From IMG/VR virus record IMGVR_UViG_3300043395_002349, positions 36,090 through 100,089 of that record: 64,000 nt of DNA; one strand, written 5' to 3'. Position 1 is the first letter of the stretch, and every line of letters begins with the position of its first letter. A program made the translations under genes and the position numbers. The stretch comes from a virus. Below the pieces are notes generated by a model. The model was not told where the DNA came from and did no database searches. It saw nothing but the letters and a program-made list of their open reading frames with translations. Positions 21,901 through 31,465 of the stretch are shown here, piece by piece.

Positions 21901-24034
21901 ATTCTTTTTTATATCTAAAATTAGCTAATCTTTCAACGGCGCTACTATATTTTATAAAATTATTAAATGTGCTATAATCAATATTAACACCACTTACATC
22001 TATAAAATTTTCTGCTAAATAATATTCTACCAGTTGTTGTGTAGTTTGTGAACCACTTAGTAGTATTGAATCGTATGAATCAATACCGGTTGATTGCATT
22101 TTGACAAAATCAACATCTACATTAAAATTTGCCGATCTAAGAGGAATACATATTTCTTCATTATTTCCACTTAATATAACAGACTGTAAAATTGGAAGTG
22201 CGGATAATTCCGAAACCCAAAATGTATCATTTTTATTAATAGTGGTAGGTAATGGTTCGTATAATTTTAATACAATACTTTTGTTTATCTGACCGTCTGG
22301 AACCTGGTTACCTAATTCATCTGTTTTAAATTTAGTGAAGGTAGTGTTATCAACTTCCCAGTTTGAAACTAATATTTGCTTATCATCAATTTCAAAAGAT
22401 GCTAAATGATTTAAATATTTAGATTTATCTATACTTAATTTTAAATTTGATTGAATAGCATTTAATAATTCATCTTTAAAATTTTGTGTTGATATATAAA
22501 ACTCACTATCTTCAAAATTAATTATTATTCTTTCTATCTCACCTTTAATATTTCCGTTATAAGGAATTATCAATAAATCTAATGGTGAATTAATTATTTT
22601 TCTATTTTTTAAATCTTTATAATTTAAAATAATAGAATTTTTATTAGAAAAGTTTCCTAATATTGTTGTATCGTCTTCTTTTGTATGATAAACTAAAACA
22701 TGCGTTGCTAATGTAGATTCAAACTCAATTTTAAAATTTACATCACCAAAAGTATAAGAAGGTATATAAACATCAGTTGGATAGTTAATTTTATTTATAA
22801 TTGGTATATCTAACTGCTTTGATATTTTTAATGTAAATGATTGTGAATTTCCATCACCATAAAAATTAGAATATGGAGTTAATATAATTTTAAATTCACC
22901 TTCATTATTTTCAAAATCGGTTTTTAAATCAAAATCAATATATTTTTTAACCGCATTAACCGCTGTAATAGTTGTATTGTATTCTTTATATGGAGTTTTT
23001 ACTTTTACAATGTCAGAATTAGATAATGTAAATTCTACTCTTATTTTTTCCGATTTGGTTGATGATACAAATATTGATTCTGCAATTACTTTATTGATAA
23101 CATTTGAATCTAACGTTAATTTAGGATATAAACTATCGTTTGGTTCTACTTCAATTAATACAACTATGTTTGAATTAAATACATTAGCAGGAATTGTTAT
23201 TGTAGTATCGTTTCCTATTACGTTAAAATCATTTATATTAAAAACATAATTAGAATCAAATTTATTAGCGTATTGAAATCTTATATTTTTTAAACTAAAA
23301 TAATTTAATCCACTAATAGTAACCTTTAAATCCGATGAACTATTTTTAATATTTACAATGTCAAGAGATTCACCTAATTTTAAAATTCTATCATTAATTA
23401 AATCAGAAGAAGAAAGTTTTACAATAAGTTCATCTTTTAATTTTTGTGTATCATAGTTTGATGCTACATATACCGTTTGAATTCTTTCAAGTGTTGGTTG
23501 TACAATTGTTTTTTGTTCTAAATCAAATCCTAAATCTATTATTGCAGGTAATTGAACTTCTGAATAACTTTTCTGTGCACCCTCTGTTGAAAATTCTGAT
23601 ACAATTAATCCCGAAACTTTTATTGTTTCTATTATACCATTAATTTCAATATCTTTGTTTATTAATGCTTTTTCTAATTTCCAATAATTAGTAGATTTAA
23701 ACCCATCTTCTACTATCGGTTGTAATATTAAAACATCATTAATAGTGTTATAATTAAGTAAAGCTGAAGAGCCCTCAAAATACAACGAATTTTGAATATT
23801 AAACGTCATTTTATTTTTAAACGAACTTATATTCGTAAAAAATAATTTAATATCAGTATTGTTTTCTAATGTAGGAGATGATGGTATAGGTTGTTGTAAT
23901 GGTTCAGTAACAGATTGTTGTGAGGTATATGTTACACCACCGCCGCCAGATACTACACCTACAAATACATCATTGTATGGATAATATGTACCATTGTACA
24001 TTTGACTGCTATATAATTCATCTAAAGTACTCAT
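18968..24034 (-). CDS. Large baseplate/tail structural protein (wedge-like, with a LamG-like segment)
   Basis: LPYLLKHRGSIRGINALLTCYGIP resembles the P2 gpI/T4 gp7-type KGT motif; FSGSLEELRIW is LamG-like. Confidence 0.65.
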   Translation of the reverse strand: MSTLDELYSSQMYNGTYYPYNDVFVGVVSGGGGVTYTSQQSVTEPLQQPIPSSPTLENNTDIKLFFTNISSFKNKMTFNIQNSLYFEGSSALLNYNTINDVLILQPIVEDGFKSTNYWKLEKALINKDIEINGIIETIKVSGLIVSEFSTEGAQKSYSEVQLPAIIDLGFDLEQKTIVQPTLERIQTVYVASNYDTQKLKDELIVKLSSSDLINDRILKLGESLDIVNIKNSSSDLKVTISGLNYFSLKNIRFQYANKFDSNYVFNINDFNVIGNDTTITIPANVFNSNIVVLIEVEPNDSLYPKLTLDSNVINKVIAESIFVSSTKSEKIRVEFTLSNSDIVKVKTPYKEYNTTITAVNAVKKYIDFDLKTDFENNEGEFKIILTPYSNFYGDGNSQSFTLKISKQLDIPIINKINYPTDVYIPSYTFGDVNFKIEFESTLATHVLVYHTKEDDTTILGNFSNKNSIILNYKDLKNRKIINSPLDLLIIPYNGNIKGEIERIIINFEDSEFYISTQNFKDELLNAIQSNLKLSIDKSKYLNHLASFEIDDKQILVSNWEVDNTTFTKFKTDELGNQVPDGQINKSIVLKLYEPLPTTINKNDTFWVSELSALPILQSVILSGNNEEICIPLRSANFNVDVDFVKMQSTGIDSYDSILLSGSQTTQQLVEYYLAENFIDVSGVNIDYSTFNNFIKYSSAVERLANFRYKKELAEYYDWQIQNLSVSSSNNTITLNLDIKNIETKKSNLITGFDGWETYLTQSIFTSSFVSGGFSSGKPVGYYSNTTNLYADYYELASTYDKDNNNLLKRNLPLHIIEDSNNAEFLLFLDMIGNYFDIIWAYIKGITEQKKISETNTVGINDDFLYQYLKSFGWDAKNLNSNKQLWEYTFGVNNDGVVGSLTSDNYLGDNDTLITPQQATKQIWRRIANNLPYLLKHRGSIRGINALLTCYGIPSSNLSIIEFGGPNTDTVTDSPKFIYNSLTHNLVFDNTNAKIEVPVTASTFEAIEFKIKPAELENYTFISASGFELGISVINTNGIFGKFTINGNQVSTSYPFYDGNYHTILAQLSGSSFIVYAASNDKDTIVTQGEWITSSVDFTNNTSLYFGGNGHGFSGSLEELRIWKTALSESVFDNHVINSEAINGNHISASTDDLLIRLDFERPQDLSLTGSINNVAPYLDYVTNVSASGFGVQTNYPFNYEVYEREISLVIPNTGASRYYTNKVRLEEQTLVANLSPTKRATKKAFDTSAKDSNRVGLFFSPNKDLDLDIAKSLGGESLDDYIGNPEYEYGYTTYPELDELRTYYFRRVGERNLYEFIRLVKYYDKSLFINLREMLPARAVVTTGLLIAPHFLERSKVKRNKPSVQAESLEGVVTDTQITDLYSTFDYNEGILNLTESIEKINGDVISKDADLDASKIYNFGADNITHTAEIFGITDNIANGDWITYDGTINYNRISASILTELDILNAGQIIGMDEKYINYGFNTYFTNGYGKYHYEENGVFKSKGIRGFLVTKQTPTITQINSGYYIDATAINPLSGAGFVNYTDLNGVEQVLAPIPGNEYNFSAREINTNALIDCILVNVQNTQQSVVVPSYRTEFIIQELNQSSSLEVDSNIVNVVTASGYLPTHYIYTGDKTTGLQNSYYFGSKQTTYTTIDGKAAVETFTTNPTTLRVTAQGRSNNEPILEVD

Positions 24035-24054
24035 TCACTATAAATATTTTTTAT

Positions 24055-25284
24055 TTACAATATTGTAATTGTATTGTAATTAATATAATTTGCATCTCGC
24101 ATATTTCCGGTATAAACACTTGTGTAAGTACTTCCTCCTCCACCTCCCCCTCCATATGTAGGAGCGCCAGTTTCTATTGGTAAAATAGTTGATGGTGGTG
24201 GTCCTTCTATTTCTATTATTATAGGTGGATTTTCTTTAGGGGTTGTTTCTATTACAACCGCTTCAGGTTTAATAGTACCAAGTTTTTCTGTTTGTGTTAA
24301 ATTACTTATTTCTTTATAGTTTGTTGTCAATAAAGATTGTAATATTTGATTATCTTCTTTTGTTTGAATATAATCCTTAATATTTTGTGGAATTTCAATT
24401 TGAGATATATCTTTTGCGTTATATTCTATTGAATCACTTAATCTATTTACTATTAATTGATTTATTTCAACAGAACTTATAAAATCATCTAAACTTAATC
24501 CTAAATTACTATAACTGCCATATGTAGTCGAATTTATATCAAAATCTTTTCCTTCTAATTGATAATATACGGAAGTTCTAAAATCCTTATAAACTTTTTG
24601 TTTAAATAGATTATATCTATTTTCACTTCCAAATTTAAAATCTCGTAATAAAACATTCAGCCAACCTTGTCCATGTTTTTCAATAAAATATTTATCAATT
24701 AATGTACTTATATCATTTTCAATAAGATCAATAGATTTTTTTATATCATTTATTACACTTCTTAATTCACTTCCTTTATTTAAAAATGAATTATATCTTT
24801 TTTGTATTAAAGTATTTTGAGTTTCATCCGTAGTTAATAAAGGCATTATCCTTAATTCGGTTCTACTTGGTGAAACTTCATGAATCCAAACTCTTTGTTT
24901 TAAATTATCACTACCTAAATAATTTTTTAAAAAATTAAAAGCAATTTTAAACTCACCATTACCATAACCTGCTTCTCTAATTAATTTTTCTACATCTATA
25001 TCAAATATTCTTTCTTGTGTAGTTGGATTGATTTCATTTTTTAAATATTTTGGTAAATCATCCTTTTTAATATATCTTACTTTTATTCCATTTGTTTGTT
25101 CTAACAAGTTATTTGAAATATCATATATTCTAAATTCAATAACATCATTTTTAGACATTCCAAAATCAGTAACAATTTTAGCTGAACTTTTAAATATGTT
25201 TAAGTCCTTAGAGTCTATTAATTGTCCTTGTGAATCTAAGTTAAGATTTATGTTTTCAATATTTTTAAAATCGTTTATTGCCAT
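24055..25284 (-). CDS. Virion structural protein (hypothetical)
   Basis: WIHEVSPSRTELR motif; structural block; TATTTATA upstream. Confidence 0.55.
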   Translation of the reverse strand: MAINDFKNIENINLNLDSQGQLIDSKDLNIFKSSAKIVTDFGMSKNDVIEFRIYDISNNLLEQTNGIKVRYIKKDDLPKYLKNEINPTTQERIFDIDVEKLIREAGYGNGEFKIAFNFLKNYLGSDNLKQRVWIHEVSPSRTELRIMPLLTTDETQNTLIQKRYNSFLNKGSELRSVINDIKKSIDLIENDISTLIDKYFIEKHGQGWLNVLLRDFKFGSENRYNLFKQKVYKDFRTSVYYQLEGKDFDINSTTYGSYSNLGLSLDDFISSVEINQLIVNRLSDSIEYNAKDISQIEIPQNIKDYIQTKEDNQILQSLLTTNYKEISNLTQTEKLGTIKPEAVVIETTPKENPPIIIEIEGPPPSTILPIETGAPTYGGGGGGGSTYTSVYTGNMRDANYINYNTITIL

Positions 25285-25290
25285 AAGTTA

Positions 25291-26313
25291 TTATAAATAA
25301 GAATGAACTTTTCCTTTAAATGTTTTTGTTTCGGTACTACCACCCGTATCAGTATTTGTAACGTTAAAAGTAATAGTTTCTTCATAATCTATCCTACTAC
25401 TTCCCCATCCCAAAAATCCTCTATCACCGGATGGTACTCTACTTTGTATTGGTCTATCAAATGTTATTTTTTTAGTTGCATTTGCCTTTAATGTAAATGA
25501 ACTTTCAATACTAAAAAATGTTTGTAATATTTGTACATTTATATCTTTAGCACCCGCTACAATCTCTACAAAATTACTACTCCACGCCCCAGCATATCCG
25601 GCCGGCCCTTTAACATGGGCACCACCCTGGTCTAAATCCATATCATACGCATATCCATTCGCACCATTTTTAGATGGATCACCCTTTTCCCAAACTAACG
25701 TAGCTAATTCACCGGTTGAAACTCCACCCGCTGCCATAGCCTGTTGTTTAGCACTTAATTGTTGTTGTGCTACTTGTATTGTCGCATTTGCTTGTGCTAA
25801 TAAATTATTCAACGTATCAATTTGTTTAATTAAAGCATTTTTTTGAGCGGCTAAACCAGCGTTTTCTGCTTCTAACGCCGTTCTTTCTGTTGCCTCATTT
25901 AATGCTTTTGTCAATGATGTAGTTAAATTGCTTCTTAATTCAAATACAGTTTGTTGTGTAGAATATAAGGTATTTTCAAATTTTGCATTAACAATTCGTA
26001 AATTATCATTATCCGCATATAACGAACTGCTATCTGTTGTTAATAATTGTACCTGTGTTGTTAAAAAATCAATTGTTAATTGTAAATCATTAATTTGATT
26101 TTCTAATTCTATACTTCTCGTAACTTCTGCATCATAAATTGGTTTTGGAACTAAATCTAAATTAACATCCGGTAATGGTTTTATTAATTCTGTAACTTTT
26201 ATATCCAATGATTTTTCTAACTGAGACACATTGTATTCATCAACATATAATTTAGTTGCAACTGAAGCGTCGGTTACATCGCTGAAATTTATATATTTTT
26301 TTTCTATTGCCAT
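25291..26313 (-). CDS. Coiled-coil structural protein (hypothetical)
   Basis: Long heptad region followed by a G-rich beta region. Confidence 0.55.
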   Translation of the reverse strand: MAIEKKYINFSDVTDASVATKLYVDEYNVSQLEKSLDIKVTELIKPLPDVNLDLVPKPIYDAEVTRSIELENQINDLQLTIDFLTTQVQLLTTDSSSLYADNDNLRIVNAKFENTLYSTQQTVFELRSNLTTSLTKALNEATERTALEAENAGLAAQKNALIKQIDTLNNLLAQANATIQVAQQQLSAKQQAMAAGGVSTGELATLVWEKGDPSKNGANGYAYDMDLDQGGAHVKGPAGYAGAWSSNFVEIVAGAKDINVQILQTFFSIESSFTLKANATKKITFDRPIQSRVPSGDRGFLGWGSSRIDYEETITFNVTNTDTGGSTETKTFKGKVHSYL

Positions 26314-26317
26314 TTAA

Positions 26318-27424
26318 TTATTTAACAATTTCAAACGTTCCTATTTCAAAATATTCTTGATTATGATCATCAATTGATTTAACAAACAATGTGTATGTTC
26401 TTCCTTCTTCCCAATTTGTAAAATTAAGTTTTATAATATTATTGTATTGTCCCTTAATAACCCTAGTATTTACAGAATATGGTATAATATATTCACCAGT
26501 AATTGTATCCATTATGGCGTAATAAGATTCATCTGGTAAATAATATTTTCTTTGATATGCAAATGTAGAATTAAATTGTTTTACTGGATATAATTCTCTT
26601 GCATCAATTTTTATACTTACAGTTTGTCCTTTATAATAAGATGTTTTTAAATTTGGTGAATAACAACGATATACAACATCATATGAAGAACTTGCTGCAA
26701 AATCTAAAATGTTTTCTAAATCACCAGGAGTATCTAATTCACCATAACTTATAACTAATTTTGGATGATATATTGTATTTGATTCTTTTGAAAATATTTT
26801 TAATGAACCATAGTCTACGGTATCATTTTCTAAACTTCCACTAAATTTAATAATCAATCCGTTATTTTCATATGAACCACTATTCCAATTTCTAATAAAA
26901 TCGGTTATATCTAATTTTATATCTTCTAATGTATAATTAAAATCTTGAGTAGTTACTGATTCGGTATACCAAGCACCACCCAATCCATCCCAACTACCGG
27001 TAACTCCTGTACTATAAGATGCTGTAATTCCATCCATTGTATTATACCAATGAGTAGATGTATTATCACCATTTCTATAATACCAGCTAGTACCATTTGT
27101 AGTTAAATTATCAAAACGCGTACCGGTTCCCATTTCCCAACTACCACTAATAGCATATGCTTCTATACTAAATTTAGCTGGTATTTCATTTGCTTCAGTA
27201 ATTTTTAATTCTAATGATGCTGTAAATGTATTTGCATCTATTGTTCCATCTACTAAACTTTTTGATATATTATTTAAATCAAATTGAATTAATATTCTAC
27301 TATTATCTCTGGTATCACCATAATATACCTTAGATATTTCTAATATTTCATCTATACCTGTATTTTGATAAGGTTGTTGTAGGTAAATACTTGCATCTTT
27401 GGATGCTGTATAAAATAGTATCAT
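26318..27424 (-). CDS. Structural protein with DNRLRE-like domain
   Basis: DASIY...RILIQFDL...DITDFIRNW...NNGLIIK...FSKE...PKLVISY. Confidence 0.6.
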   Translation of the reverse strand: MILFYTASKDASIYLQQPYQNTGIDEILEISKVYYGDTRDNSRILIQFDLNNISKSLVDGTIDANTFTASLELKITEANEIPAKFSIEAYAISGSWEMGTGTRFDNLTTNGTSWYYRNGDNTSTHWYNTMDGITASYSTGVTGSWDGLGGAWYTESVTTQDFNYTLEDIKLDITDFIRNWNSGSYENNGLIIKFSGSLENDTVDYGSLKIFSKESNTIYHPKLVISYGELDTPGDLENILDFAASSSYDVVYRCYSPNLKTSYYKGQTVSIKIDARELYPVKQFNSTFAYQRKYYLPDESYYAIMDTITGEYIIPYSVNTRVIKGQYNNIIKLNFTNWEEGRTYTLFVKSIDDHNQEYFEIGTFEIVK

Positions 27425-29478
27425 TATAATGCTCTCCCTTTAATATCTTTGTTAGGAAATTTAAGTTCAAAAATAGAAGGGTCTAATGATGGATAAACTA
27501 TTTTGTTTTTAGTTGCCTCTTTAATATCATATGAATATAGAGAATATCCACTACTTGTACCATCACCACATATATTATATATTTCAACTTTAGGCACCGA
27601 AGCAACTCCTTCAACGTTTGCAATTTCTAATTCTATTTCACTAATATTAATTGTTTGATTTATTTTTCTATTATAAACATTAAAATAATTTGTAATTGCT
27701 TGAATACAATTTAAAAGAACTTCTCTTTTATTGTAATTTGTATATGTTGTAATTTCAAAATCCACACCAATGTTAATAATAAACCCGTCTAATATATTAA
27801 TAGCATCAGTAACCATTCTATATTCATTCAAATATGTTTTTAAATTTTGTTTTGTCAATGTATTTGCCTGAACTAATTTTGCATTTGAATCATAACTTAA
27901 TATGTACATATTAATTGCAAATGGATTATTATCTGCGTTTATTGTTTTTTTAGTTTGTAGATAATTATCAACTGCGTTTTTAATATCATCCTCACTTTTA
28001 CCAACTAATGATTTTGTAAGATTAATAAATTCATCTCTACTCAAAGGATCTCTTAAAATATTTTGTGTAGGATTTATATCTGCCGCAGAATCTTGTTCAA
28101 CATATACTTTTGCTATACTTCCAAAAGATGCATCTAAAGATAACGCTCTTATTTCAAAATCTTGTTTAGTTACTGCTCTATTTTGTGATGAATAATTTGC
28201 TATTGCATTTTCTCTAATTTCATCTAAAGTTTCAATCCCCCTACCACCCGTTGCTGGTATTAAATTATCAACTGCTACTGATGCTTTTGAATTGTTATAT
28301 GTAGGTAAATTTATATTACTAAATGTTAATAAATCTTCATCAAATTCTATTGATGCAATTCTTCTTAAATCATTTGATGGAATATTTGCTCCCAAACCAC
28401 CACCACTTAAATATTTAATTTCTAAAGTTGCATCTTGAGGTGCAATTCCATAAGTTGATGTTTTTAAGAAATTAGAGGGATCAAATGATTGTTCTAGTCT
28501 ACTAATTGAATTATTTAATCCCAATCCAACATTTTTAGTATTTGGTATAATCATTTCATCCGCTGTTGTTTCACTCGCTGCACCAAATCTTATTTGAATT
28601 GTATCGGTATCAACAACTCTTGTAGTAAATCTTTTATTTGTTTTTACCAATTTTAATGTATATGGAACATTTGTATTATGTACTATTACATTATCACCTA
28701 TTGATTTTGTTTTTTCTTTTATAAAAATCATTTCTTGTGCTAAATACGGAACTTCATAATACATAGTATCATGTGTAGTATCTTTTATAGAAAGTATTTT
28801 TATAAAAGAATTATCCTTTATTTCATATATAGGATGTGGTTTAAACGGATTGTTAAAATTACTTATAGTAAGTGTCTTAATTTCTGCACTAACTGCACTA
28901 ACGGTTTTGGATAATAGATATACTTCAGGATGTCCATTGGATTGTGTATATACAGAAATTGTTCTACCACTCTCATCTGCAAAATCAACAATATCGTTTG
29001 TAATAAAACGTAAAGATTGATTTGAAACAGAACTTACTACCATTCCTTCTTTAATCTTTAAACAAAAGTTATAGTCAGGTTCATATTTATCATCTCCCGT
29101 ATACAAATTATCAGATGCCTTTAATTTACTAGGTATCGTTTGATAAACAGTAAGTGTTGTGGTTGCCGGTCTGCTAATTTTTGGAGTATATCCAAAATTT
29201 TGCGCGTGGTTAAGAATGTTTTTGTAATTAGATGCAACGTTGATAAAAGATTCTTTTAACTGAGCATCCGTATAATAAGATAAAACATCACCTACATATG
29301 CGGCCTGTTCTATAAACATCATACCCGGTGATGCATCACTAAAATCATTGTTAGTATTAGCAAAATATGCTTTTGTGAATTCTATTAATGCTTGTCTTAA
29401 AGATGCAAAATCTCTATTGATATATTTTACATCTTTTTTATTTGTAGACCAACTTTTATCTATCGGTTGTAGTGCCAT
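27424..29478 (-). CDS. Baseplate wedge subunit (T4 gp6/baseplate J-like)
   Basis: RDFASLRQAL...DFSDASPGMMFIEQAAYVGDVLSYY...ATGG...ETLDEIR...QNRAVT..DF. Confidence 0.9.
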   Translation of the reverse strand: MALQPIDKSWSTNKKDVKYINRDFASLRQALIEFTKAYFANTNNDFSDASPGMMFIEQAAYVGDVLSYYTDAQLKESFINVASNYKNILNHAQNFGYTPKISRPATTTLTVYQTIPSKLKASDNLYTGDDKYEPDYNFCLKIKEGMVVSSVSNQSLRFITNDIVDFADESGRTISVYTQSNGHPEVYLLSKTVSAVSAEIKTLTISNFNNPFKPHPIYEIKDNSFIKILSIKDTTHDTMYYEVPYLAQEMIFIKEKTKSIGDNVIVHNTNVPYTLKLVKTNKRFTTRVVDTDTIQIRFGAASETTADEMIIPNTKNVGLGLNNSISRLEQSFDPSNFLKTSTYGIAPQDATLEIKYLSGGGLGANIPSNDLRRIASIEFDEDLLTFSNINLPTYNNSKASVAVDNLIPATGGRGIETLDEIRENAIANYSSQNRAVTKQDFEIRALSLDASFGSIAKVYVEQDSAADINPTQNILRDPLSRDEFINLTKSLVGKSEDDIKNAVDNYLQTKKTINADNNPFAINMYILSYDSNAKLVQANTLTKQNLKTYLNEYRMVTDAINILDGFIINIGVDFEITTYTNYNKREVLLNCIQAITNYFNVYNRKINQTINISEIELEIANVEGVASVPKVEIYNICGDGTSSGYSLYSYDIKEATKNKIVYPSLDPSIFELKFPNKDIKGRAL

Positions 29479-29479
29479 A

Positions 29480-29905
29480 TTACAATTGTACCATTAATGT
29501 ATCAGTAGTCGGAACTGCTGAAAAATTTATTGAATATTTTAATTCTAAGTTTATTAAATGTTTATCTTTATTTTCATTACTTTTATCAAATATAATAGAA
29601 TCAATTGTTATATATGGCATCCATTTAAATATTGCCATTGTAATTGCTTCTTCTATATTCGTTTCAAAATCACCCTCAACATATGGTTCAAATATAAATT
29701 TTCTTAAAGGAGTTCCGAATAACGGATTTACCAATCTCTCACCAGGTTCAGTTAGAATCAAATTTTTTAGATTTGTTTTAATTTGATTTTTAGTTGTATA
29801 GTTTACTGCAAAGTAACCGTTATTAGAACTACCTAAAGGTAATGCTAATCCGATTGCTTTATCTTGCGTATCAACTATAAACTTCTTTTCTAACTCAACT
29901 GCCAT
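29480..29905 (-). CDS. Baseplate wedge / sheath initiator (GPW/gp25 family)
   Basis: QIKTNLKNLILTEPGERLVNPLFGTPL..FIFE. Confidence 0.92.
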   Translation of the reverse strand: MAVELEKKFIVDTQDKAIGLALPLGSSNNGYFAVNYTTKNQIKTNLKNLILTEPGERLVNPLFGTPLRKFIFEPYVEGDFETNIEEAITMAIFKWMPYITIDSIIFDKSNENKDKHLINLELKYSINFSAVPTTDTLMVQL

Positions 29906-29907
29906 TT

Positions 29908-30393
29908 TTAGCCTTTATTAAATTTTTTAACCAGTTGTGAATAATCTCGTGTCATTGCGTTCATAATACTTTGAGCAGCATCAGGATTTTTTCTTGCTGT
30001 CATTGCTACTTTATGCTCTAAAGGAATACCACCTTGTTCTTGCCCTTGTAAATAAGATGAATATTCACTTTGTTGTCCCAAACCGCCTTCATTTACAGAA
30101 CCCCAACTATTATCAGGTTGTGTATATTCACTAAACCCATCACCATATCCTAAGTCTGCTGGATTAATCATAGGTCTTGCAGGTCTTTTTGGTTGTGCTA
30201 AGTTTATTTCACCCCAACTACCATCATCTTTTGATTTAAATTCGTAACTTTCATTCACTTTTTTATTAGAAGTTTGTTCAACTTGTTCATTTAATACTTC
30301 GTGAACGGCATTTCGTATTTCTTCTTTAAGAGTTTTTCTAATATCTTCTCTTAAAATTTTAACTAATGCTTTAATTAATTGTGTTTGATCCAT
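29908..30393 (-). CDS. Hypothetical protein
   Basis: 161 aa; ends RDYSQLVKKF. Confidence 0.6.
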   Translation of the reverse strand: MDQTQLIKALVKILREDIRKTLKEEIRNAVHEVLNEQVEQTSNKKVNESYEFKSKDDGSWGEINLAQPKRPARPMINPADLGYGDGFSEYTQPDNSWGSVNEGGLGQQSEYSSYLQGQEQGGIPLEHKVAMTARKNPDAAQSIMNAMTRDYSQLVKKFNKG

Positions 30394-30442
30394 AAAATAA
30401 TTGTTTTCTGTATATAAGTATTTGTTTTAAATTAATTTGTAT

Positions 30443-31465
30443 TTATCTAAATGAACCTTTACCATCTTCAATCATATAATCTTTAAATGATGTTCCATCT
30501 ATAAATCCTATATGTAAATGATTAAATGTTGAATCAAATGGATATGGCATAACTTCTCCTACAAATGCTCCTTTTGCAATAGGAGTACCTAACATTATAT
30601 ATGCCGGTTTGTTTTGCATATGTGCCATATAAACCTCTCTACCATCAATTGCTCTTATTCTTACACCATACCCAAACAATCGTTTACCATTTCTTTCAAT
30701 GACAGTAGGTCCGTAATCAACTGTATTTACAACAACACCTTCAATTGGTGAATAACATCTTGTACCAACATCTGTTACTATATCAATTGCATTACCACTT
30801 TGCCAGCCTGCTTGTCCTTTATGCGATAATTCCCCTTCATTTGTAACCTTTTTTCCTCCAAGTAACATATTTGAAAATAATGCTATTGGAGATGTAACTG
30901 CATCCATATCAGGAACTTTATATCCCGTCCATGTTAAAAACCCTGGTAGTATAGTATTATATATTGTAAATGCTGATGATGTTTGGCAAATACCCGAAAC
31001 ACTTGCTAAATGTATTTTTGCAAGCGATATAAATTGTTTTACAAATTTCCTAGCTGATTTCATTGGTGGTATTTTTACCGCCGGCCAAACTCCGGGTGAT
31101 GAAACATTGATAGATGTTACTGCTATATTATAATTACTACCTACTGCAGGTGTTAATGGTAAAACTGCTGGATGTAAAACTCCACCCGTCCAATATGCTA
31201 TAACAGCATTTCCAAATGAATTAAAATAAGAATCGTATACACTTGTACTAGCACTAGCACCCGCTGCAATTAATGTAAGTTTAATCAATTCCTCCATTAG
31301 TTGCACATTTCCTTTATTTATTTTGTTTTTTGTAACCAAATCTTGACCACTCTTAATGCATTCATCATACTTTTTGGCAAAAAATTTAGCGAATTCTTCC
31401 GGTGATTTTAATCCGTTAGATTCCATTTTACCTACTACCGCATTTTCAAATTGTGACCACGACAT
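30443..31465 (-). CDS. Baseplate-associated protein with C-terminal M23 peptidase domain
   Basis: H...AIDI...SPIEGVV...YMAHM...HLH. Confidence 0.75.
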   Translation of the reverse strand: MSWSQFENAVVGKMESNGLKSPEEFAKFFAKKYDECIKSGQDLVTKNKINKGNVQLMEELIKLTLIAAGASASTSVYDSYFNSFGNAVIAYWTGGVLHPAVLPLTPAVGSNYNIAVTSINVSSPGVWPAVKIPPMKSARKFVKQFISLAKIHLASVSGICQTSSAFTIYNTILPGFLTWTGYKVPDMDAVTSPIALFSNMLLGGKKVTNEGELSHKGQAGWQSGNAIDIVTDVGTRCYSPIEGVVVNTVDYGPTVIERNGKRLFGYGVRIRAIDGREVYMAHMQNKPAYIMLGTPIAKGAFVGEVMPYPFDSTFNHLHIGFIDGTSFKDYMIEDGKGSFR

